DNA of 64,000 nt from Pyrinomonadaceae bacterium (GTDB lineage Bacteria > Acidobacteriota > Blastocatellia > Pyrinomonadales > Pyrinomonadaceae): contig JBGTJP010000007.1 of the NCBI GenBank assembly GCA_041745075.1, positions 1,186-65,185 of the forward strand, read 5' to 3'. Shown in pieces: positions 57,946 to 64,000 of this stretch; position 1 is the stretch's first letter, and every line of letters begins with the position of its first letter. Position numbers and translations under genes: made by a program. Below the pieces are notes generated by a model. It was not told where the DNA came from. It made no database searches and was given only the letters and a program-made list of their open reading frames with translations.

Positions 57946-58021
57946 AAGAAATTGCCCGCGTTTTTGATCTAAACCACTATTTATGGAATGTAGATAAAGT
58001 GTTTGAGCGAGTGTTTAATTA
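57945..58021 (+). repeat. purB 3'-end, copy 2 (displaced relic)
   Basis: Encodes EIARVFDLNHYLWNVDKVFERVFN* with mostly synonymous differences from copy 1. It is not attached to any upstream ORF. Confidence 0.85.
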
Positions 58022-58411
58022 ACCGGCCCATTTTTCGGCCATATCGCCTACAACAGGAAACTTAAACTTCTGGCCCTGATAGCCCTTCACGCAGGCGAAG
58101 ATCATCGCACCTAAGAAAGCAATAAGGGCTCCAAAGTAAAGCAGGGTAACCAGTCCGCCAAGAATACTAGATCCTGAAACACCAACTAATACACCACCAA
58201 CAACTGCAATTGCGACGAATATTACGGTGAACAATACTGACAGTAAAAGAGACTGTACGGCATGAAACCGCATCGTCAGGTTATCTTTTTCTGTCACGAG
58301 GACAATTATGCTGTAAATGAGACTAATCGCGCAGACCGGGAGATAACACAGCAACGCGCCGACGTTCGTGTCCAATCCGAGTGCGGTTTTACCGCCAGAC
58401 ATATTTTGCAT
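58019..58411 (-). CDS. DUF4870-family membrane protein
   Basis: ...LCYLP...LVTEKDNLTMRFHAVQSLLLS... pattern and 3-4 transmembrane segments. Confidence 0.7.
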   Translation of the reverse strand: MQNMSGGKTALGLDTNVGALLCYLPVCAISLIYSIIVLVTEKDNLTMRFHAVQSLLLSVLFTVIFVAIAVVGGVLVGVSGSSILGGLVTLLYFGALIAFLGAMIFACVKGYQGQKFKFPVVGDMAEKWAG

Positions 58412-58553
58412 AATAAAGAGTTCTCCTATTTTTCGGGAAAATTAATCGTTGAAAAAAGTGCCGCCACAGGTAAGACTTGCGAGAAAGTTATCACAAGACA
58501 TTGATTAAAACAACGTTTTACGACAGAATCTACAATTTATTTCGGTGACGGCT

Positions 58554-58799
58554 ATGAAAGCAAAAGTGTTCGTAACATTAAAACCAAGCGTCCTGGACCC
58601 GCAAGGGAAGGCAATTCATCATTCTGTCGAACTACTCGGTTATAAGCAGATCGCGGATGTGCGGCAGGGCAAGTATTTTGAGATCCAATTGTTGGATTCC
58701 ACAACCGAGTCCGATGCTCTTTCGTCGGCTGAAAAGATCGCAAAAGATGTACTTACGAATCCGGTAATCGAGGATTACAGGGTTGAGATAACCGAGTAA
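58554..58799 (+). CDS. purS: phosphoribosylformylglycinamidine synthase subunit PurS
   Basis: MKAKVFVTLKPSVLDPQGKAI..., about 81 aa. Confidence 0.9.
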   Translation: MKAKVFVTLKPSVLDPQGKAIHHSVELLGYKQIADVRQGKYFEIQLLDSTTESDALSSAEKIAKDVLTNPVIEDYRVEITE

Positions 58800-58830
58800 A
58801 TGGCAGGCAAGATCAAAGGAGGGCTTCCGC

Positions 58831-59043
58831 ATGAACTCAGATTCTAGAGCCTTGCTTGCAGAGCAGAAGAAAGGATATAGGACATATGCCAGAAAGCTGT
58901 CGTTAACCGAAAGGCTTCGACATCTTGAAGAGCTGCAAGAACAATCTTACGAAATTTTGCGTATCCGCGAGCTGAACGGCGGTAAGCCGATCCCGGAGGA
59001 TTGGCAGCGGTGGGCAAAAGCACAGGAAGCGTCAAAAAAATGA
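58831..59043 (+). CDS. hypothetical small basic protein between purS and purQ
   Basis: 70-aa ORF. Its stop overlaps the purQ ATG (ATGA). No family recognised. Confidence 0.45.
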   Translation: MNSDSRALLAEQKKGYRTYARKLSLTERLRHLEELQEQSYEILRIRELNGGKPIPEDWQRWAKAQEASKK

Positions 59044-59735
59044 AATTCGGTGTAATAGTTTTCCCCGGCTCGAATTGCGACCATGACGCTTATCACGTCG
59101 TGTCGAAGCACATCGGCCAGCCGGTCGATTTTGTCTGGCATAAGGAAACCGATCTCAGCGGTTACGATGCGATACTTGTTCCCGGCGGATTTTCTTACGG
59201 CGATTATCTGCGGGCGGGGGCGTTGGCAAGTTTTTCACCGGTGATGACGGCGGTCAAGAACTTTGCCGCGGAAGGGAAGTTCGTGTTCGGCATCTGTAAC
59301 GGGTTTCAGATACTTTGCGAAACCGGCCTGCTGCCGGGTGCCCTGATGCGTAACGAGAACCTGCACTTTGTGTGCAAGCATGTGAATATCAGGACCGAAA
59401 ACTCCAACACGCCGTACACCAGCGAACTTGAAACTGGTTCCGTGCTTTCGATACCGATCGCTCACGCCGAAGGCAATTATGTCTGCGACGATGAAACGCT
59501 TAGTTCACTTGAAGAGAACGGACAGATCGTGTTCCGGTATTGCGATGAGAAAGGGGAATTGATGGCGGAAGCGAACCCCAACGGGGCTTTGTCGAACATC
59601 GCGGGCATCAGCAATCTCGACCGAAATGTTTTAGGCATGATGCCGCATCCTGAACGGGCGTGCGAGGAACTTCTGGGCTCAAACGACGGGCGCGATATGT
59701 TCCGCTCGTTAGCAAAGGCTATAGCGGAACTTTGA
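59040..59735 (+). CDS. purQ: phosphoribosylformylglycinamidine synthase glutaminase subunit PurQ
   Basis: [16 protein letters not shown], catalytic Cys in GICNGFQIL, and HAEGN. Confidence 0.93.
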   Translation: MKFGVIVFPGSNCDHDAYHVVSKHIGQPVDFVWHKETDLSGYDAILVPGGFSYGDYLRAGALASFSPVMTAVKNFAAEGKFVFGICNGFQILCETGLLPGALMRNENLHFVCKHVNIRTENSNTPYTSELETGSVLSIPIAHAEGNYVCDDETLSSLEENGQIVFRYCDEKGELMAEANPNGALSNIAGISNLDRNVLGMMPHPERACEELLGSNDGRDMFRSLAKAIAEL

Positions 59736-59829
59736 GGTTTAAATTTCAACGCGTTCAAGGTTCCAAGTTCAAAGCCCCGGGTCGGATCATTCCAACCTGG
59801 GGCTTTCCACTCTTGCGACATTGGGCCTC

Positions 59830-60708
59830 TTAGTTAGTCCCGATCTTAATGCCGCCGTTTTTGGTCGTGACCTTGATCGGCGCCCCGCCGCCGTTGATAG
59901 CGGTATTGATCTGTTTTGACCTGTTTGCCCAGCCGCCTTTTGCGTCTTCGGTCGTGATGTTCAGGGCTGGAATGTCGCTCTTAAATCCGCCGTTGACGGT
60001 TCCGGTTTCGATATTTGCGGCATAACCTTCGGGCAGGCTAAGGTTTACGCCGCCGTTTGTCGTCTGGACATCGAGGCCGTTACCCTTCCAGCTATTACCT
60101 GAAAGCGATACGTTCACGCCGCCGTTCGTCGTACGGCCGCGAACCTCACCGGCGACATTTGAAAGATTGACACCGCCGTTCATGGTTTCGAACTCCAGTG
60201 TTCCTTCGACCGAGTTGATCGAGATCCCGCCGTTATGCGCATTCAATTTTAGATTGGTGAAGTTCGGCACGCGGGCCTCATACGAAACCGACCAGCCTTC
60301 TTCCGGCCCTTCGGCTTTTACAACACCGCCGGTCCCGATCCTGATGTTAGAAGCGATCGCTTTCGCCTCCGCATCGGAGATTCCCCATGCCTGAACACAG
60401 GCCCGGACCAAAATGTCCGAACGATTCTCGCCCTTTACGCTGACGCCGCCGTTGCGACCGCCGTCCACGGCCAATGAGCCGGTGGCCGGGATCGTCATGT
60501 CGCGAACCTCGCTGAACGAAACCTTGTCACCGTTAGACCAATTGTTGTTCGAGCAAAATTCCTTTTGCTTATATTTATATTCGGCTTTGACGGCCTTTTC
60601 CATCTTCTCGGCCTTTTCCTGCGAAAGGACCACGCCTGCCAAAACAAACAGCATAATTGCCCCAAGACCTAAACGCGAAACAGTTAAGATAAATGACGCT
60701 TTATTCAT
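59830..60708 (-). CDS. exported DUF4097-like beta-helical protein (putative adhesin fold)
   Basis: Signal peptide and repeated NGG(V/I)N(V/L)S units. Confidence 0.72.
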   Translation of the reverse strand: MNKASFILTVSRLGLGAIMLFVLAGVVLSQEKAEKMEKAVKAEYKYKQKEFCSNNNWSNGDKVSFSEVRDMTIPATGSLAVDGGRNGGVSVKGENRSDILVRACVQAWGISDAEAKAIASNIRIGTGGVVKAEGPEEGWSVSYEARVPNFTNLKLNAHNGGISINSVEGTLEFETMNGGVNLSNVAGEVRGRTTNGGVNVSLSGNSWKGNGLDVQTTNGGVNLSLPEGYAANIETGTVNGGFKSDIPALNITTEDAKGGWANRSKQINTAINGGGAPIKVTTKNGGIKIGTN

Positions 60709-60881
60709 TTCTTCATCTCCTTAAGATTTTGATGTTGTCCAAAAAAATGGCCTTACTGATAAGGAGAACACCACGTCTAAGGGTTTTGTGACAAAAACTA
60801 TTATCGAGCCGGACAGGCTATAGCTTTCGCGAGAACCGCGTTGCTTGGGTCAAAAGGAAAATTGGTTGACCTAAACGCCCG

Positions 60882-60972
60882 TTCCTTCTTTCTTCTTCTT
60901 TTTCCTCTACGTCTGTGGTTTCGCCTTTTCCAACCACAGACGAAGAAGAATAAGAAAAAAGAAGAGAAACCG
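60882..60972. repeat. long imperfect palindrome with pyrimidine-rich and purine-rich arms
   Basis: The perfect core is cgtctgtggtt (60910-20) / aaccacagacg (60932-42). It is extended by a C/T-rich arm (60883-60909) facing an A/G-rich arm (60943-60969). By my manual pairing, about two thirds of those arm positions are complementary. Confidence 0.65.
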
Positions 60973-61034
60973 AGGCTGGTATTTTGAAGAACAGCTCTGG
61001 ATTTTGGATAGCTTTTTCAAAAGCACCCTCGAAA

Positions 61035-62042
61035 TCAGGAAATCTTGACGACAAGCCCGTCGGTGCTGATGTTGTATTTCAGCACCTCCGCTCCCCGCTG
61101 TGCCGAGAGTGCCGTTTCGACATCGGCTTTTCTGCCTTCCTCGCAGTAAAACGCGATGCATCCGCCGCCGCCGGCACCGCAAACCTTTGCGGCGATCGCT
61201 CCGTTGATCAGTGCGGTTTCGATCAGCTCGTCCATATGGGGCGTGGTTATCATCGGGGAAAGGCGTTTTCGATGAGGAAATGCCGCCTTGAGTATATGGC
61301 CCAGCTGCGTCCAGTCGTTCTTAAGAAGTGCCGCCCGAACCTCGTGCGACCCGTCGCGAATGCCTTCAAAAACGTCAAAAAGCTCGCGGTCGCCGTCGAT
61401 ATGCCGCTTTGTAATTTCCCAATTATTCGTTCCCGAATTCCGCGGTTCGCCGGTATAAAGAACGGCGACGCGGTCCTGCAGCGTTTTCAGGTCAACTTCA
61501 AGGGCCTCTCTTCTAATGCCGTCCGGGCCGAAATGGATCGCGGCCGCTCCGCCAAACTGGGCCGAATAATAATCCTGAAAACCGGTCGGGACCTTGATGA
61601 CCTGACATTCGACGTTCGCAGCGATGGGAATAAATCTATCGGGCGAATAGCGGTTGCCGACTAGGACGTTAAGGGCCGCGATGCACGCGATGTTGAGAGT
61701 TGACGACCCGGCCAGGCCCGCACCGGCCGGTGCTTCGCAATCCGTGGTCATGTTAAAGCCCGTTTCGGGACGGAAAAAGTAAACCAACTTAGCCAGCAGT
61801 TCGAGCCTCGGCTCGTGCTTCAGTTCGGCGATCTTGTCCAGCGAGGTTTCGAATTTGACACCGCGGTCAACCGATTCAAGACGAATGATATCGTCGTCAC
61901 GCGTTTCGATCCGGCATTTGGCCAACAGGTCGATCGCGAAATTAACGGTAGCGGCTCCCTCATGAAAAAGAAAAAGCGGGGGAATGTCAATCGTCCCGCC
62001 GGCAAGGTCAACCCGCGTCGGTGCAGAAGTTTCGATGATCAT
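61035..62042 (-). CDS. GHMP-family sugar kinase (HddA/fucokinase-like)
   Basis: MIIETSAPTRVDLAGGTIDI... and the GHMP ATP motif PAGAGLAGSST. Confidence 0.82.
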   Translation of the reverse strand: MIIETSAPTRVDLAGGTIDIPPLFLFHEGAATVNFAIDLLAKCRIETRDDDIIRLESVDRGVKFETSLDKIAELKHEPRLELLAKLVYFFRPETGFNMTTDCEAPAGAGLAGSSTLNIACIAALNVLVGNRYSPDRFIPIAANVECQVIKVPTGFQDYYSAQFGGAAAIHFGPDGIRREALEVDLKTLQDRVAVLYTGEPRNSGTNNWEITKRHIDGDRELFDVFEGIRDGSHEVRAALLKNDWTQLGHILKAAFPHRKRLSPMITTPHMDELIETALINGAIAAKVCGAGGGGCIAFYCEEGRKADVETALSAQRGAEVLKYNISTDGLVVKIS

Positions 62043-62246
62043 AAAATCGGATAAAGAACAGATCAAACCCGGATTCCGCTATTAGGAAAAATTTGTTCTT
62101 TGCGTGAAAGAAATCTGTTTCCCGCAAAGCCGCGAAGAACGCAAAGTTAAGAAAATAAGAAAAAGCCCTAACGCCGGATCCTAAGGAAATCAAGTAAAAG
62201 ACTGCCTATATTAGCTTACTTTCGAGCAGGGTTGTTAATCGGAAAA

Positions 62247-63026
62247 TTATTTTTTTGCGGCCTTTGAGGATTCTTTCTTTGGGGCTTCCTTCTCAGTGTT
62301 TGATTTGTTCCCGGTTGGTTCCCGGTCTGTCTCATCGCGGTTGGGCTCGCGCGTCAGGTGCAGCCGTTCGCCAAGGTCGTGAAGTTTTTCCTGGGCAACC
62401 TCTTCGACGGCGTGAAGCTTTTCCTCGAGTTTATGCAGGGCATTCGGATTGACTTCCTCGACCTTTTCGGAAAGCCAGTATCGCTCGACCGCGTAAAGAA
62501 TTATGACCGCGAACAGAATGACGAAAAAAAGCGCGATCCCGATCTGCTGAAAATCACCAATGATGGAAGTGATGGCGCCGCTGAAGAAATAACCCGTGCC
62601 CGCCAGCAGCAATACCCAAAGCGAACAGCTTATTGCGTCAAGGACAATAAAGCGGTGAAACGGCATTTTGCCGATGCCATAAAAGACGCACATTGCGACG
62701 CGGATGCCGTAAATATACTTCGAGATAATTATGGCAAACTTGCCAAACTTTTCGATCAACCGCTCTATCCGCGGTTGGGCCATTTGATAAAAACGGTAAT
62801 CCTTTGCTTTTTCGTGGAAGATCCGGCCGATCGCGTAACCGACGCAATCGCCGACCATTCCGCCGATGGTTCCGGCGAGAAAAACCTTAAAGAAACTATA
62901 TCTACCAAAAAAACCGCTGTGCGCCATCGCCCCCGAGATCAGCAGCGTGATGTCGCCTTCAATGGTGCAAAGCGCAAAAACGGCGTAAATGCCGTACAGC
63001 TCGATGATCTGCGATAGCTGATCCAT
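62247..63026 (-). CDS. DedA-family membrane protein with charged C-terminal extension
   Basis: ...FGRYSFFKVFLAGTIGGMVGDCVGYAIGR... DedA core. Start chosen at MDQLSQII. Confidence 0.75.
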   Translation of the reverse strand: MDQLSQIIELYGIYAVFALCTIEGDITLLISGAMAHSGFFGRYSFFKVFLAGTIGGMVGDCVGYAIGRIFHEKAKDYRFYQMAQPRIERLIEKFGKFAIIISKYIYGIRVAMCVFYGIGKMPFHRFIVLDAISCSLWVLLLAGTGYFFSGAITSIIGDFQQIGIALFFVILFAVIILYAVERYWLSEKVEEVNPNALHKLEEKLHAVEEVAQEKLHDLGERLHLTREPNRDETDREPTGNKSNTEKEAPKKESSKAAKK

Positions 63027-63213
63027 AAAATGCGCGGATCCCAGGGAAACGGGAGGGACTCTCAAAAGAGTATCTTTCACGGGCGAACCAGTCAAACTAT
63101 TCGAATTTCACAACTCCGCCGACATAAGTTGAATATTGTTTGACAGTTACTCCGGCTGTGTCTAAAATCTCGTTAGTTCGCGGACAGATCGGTTTTGACG
63201 AGAGCTTTCGATA

Positions 63214-64000
63214 ATGGCCGAAACGCAAAATCAAGGCAGAACAAGCCTCGGCATCGAAGTGTCGTCTTCGGTGCTGACAGCCGTTTGCATTGGCGAAGGC
63301 GGCGTGATCGCAAAGACCTACCGGAAAGATTTCGAGCCGGCCGCCGGAAGCATCGAACAGATTGCCGCCCTGGTAAACGAATTAAAGGGCGAGGGCGGCG
63401 GCATAAAGTCGATCGGCGTTGCCGTTCCCGGACTTATCAGCCTCGAAACGCGCCGCGTCGCTTTTTCCACTCACATACCGGAACATTCCGACGTTGATCT
63501 TACCAAGGGCATAAATGAGGCGACCGGGCTGCCGACGGTCATCGAAAATGATGCGAATGCCGCCGCCTATGGCGAGTTTCGGCTTGGAGCCGGCCGTAAA
63601 AGCAAAAACCTCTTTTACGCAACGCTTGGTTCGGGCGTGGGCGGAGCTTTTATCATTGACGGTTCGATCTGGAGCGGGAGGTCGGGTTTTGCGGGCGAAT
63701 TCGGTTACATGGCGATCAATTCCGAGGGAATGCGGTTGGAAGATGTAGCGTCGTCGAAAAATATAATCCGCCGTACCCACAACCGGATGCTCCAGGACAG
63801 TACATCCTCACTCAGCACCCTTCCGAAAGCCAAGATAGGGATCGCGGATATTTTGGCCGCTGCCGAAACGGACGACGACCTTGCTCAAATGATGCTCAGC
63901 CGGACCGGCGAATACGTCGGTACCGCGATCGCAAGTGTAATAAATCTACTCAACATTGAGACTATCGTCCTCGGGGGCGAGTTAATGGAAGCCGGCCATT
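63214..64000 (+). CDS. ROK-family protein (sugar kinase or regulator), partial at window end
   Basis: Own translation from the ATG at 63214: MAETQNQGRTSLGIEVSSS...IGVAVPGLI...ENDANAAAYGE...GSGVGGAFI.... The frame is open to the end of the window. Confidence 0.8.
   Translation, partial: MAETQNQGRTSLGIEVSSSVLTAVCIGEGGVIAKTYRKDFEPAAGSIEQIAALVNELKGEGGGIKSIGVAVPGLISLETRRVAFSTHIPEHSDVDLTKGINEATGLPTVIENDANAAAYGEFRLGAGRKSKNLFYATLGSGVGGAFIIDGSIWSGRSGFAGEFGYMAINSEGMRLEDVASSKNIIRRTHNRMLQDSTSSLSTLPKAKIGIADILAAAETDDDLAQMMLSRTGEYVGTAIASVINLLNIETIVLGGELMEAGH

Overview
This 64-kb window looks like ordinary bacterial chromosome, with moderate-to-high GC, dense coding and three tRNAs. The gene content is compatible with an Acidobacteria-like Gram-negative, but that is a guess and no database search was possible. 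Most of it is housekeeping. Recognisable genes include nrdJ, ppk1, tsaE/nnr, apt, thiE/thiD, mutM, a fused homocysteine-methyltransferase/MTHFR gene, glmS/glmU, mglBA, radA, ispD, trpF, dapA/dapD/asd and purB/purS/purQ. Three accessory patches stand out. (1) Positions 32.3-37.4 kb, near the window centre, hold a compact island on the minus strand. It encodes a methylase-like ORF without the NPPY motif, an Eco57I-like N6-adenine methylase, and a translationally coupled T5orf172/GIY-YIG-like plus SF2 helicase protein. A 292-bp spacer packed with stem-loops separates the first two genes. This is the best candidate for a non-canonical restriction-modification or defence system. (2) Positions 50.9-53.8 kb hold an integrase-less cassette-like patch. 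It starts with phased AACAAAAAG iteron-like repeats, then a collapsed DNA methylase, an intact-looking PD-(D/E)xK nuclease ORF and a DUF433/DUF5615 toxin-antitoxin pair. Three diverged copies of a coding-like module separate the cassettes. (3) Positions 57.2-58.0 kb hold a decayed PIN-toxin cassette inserted at the 3' end of purB, which is duplicated on either side of it. Smaller observations are NrdR-box-like sites upstream of nrdJ, a structured leader with a terminator upstream of the methionine-cycle gene, a palindromic in-frame insert in dapA, a small ORF wedged between purS and purQ, and a long purine/pyrimidine palindrome. All functional calls rest on motif recognition by eye and are not search results.
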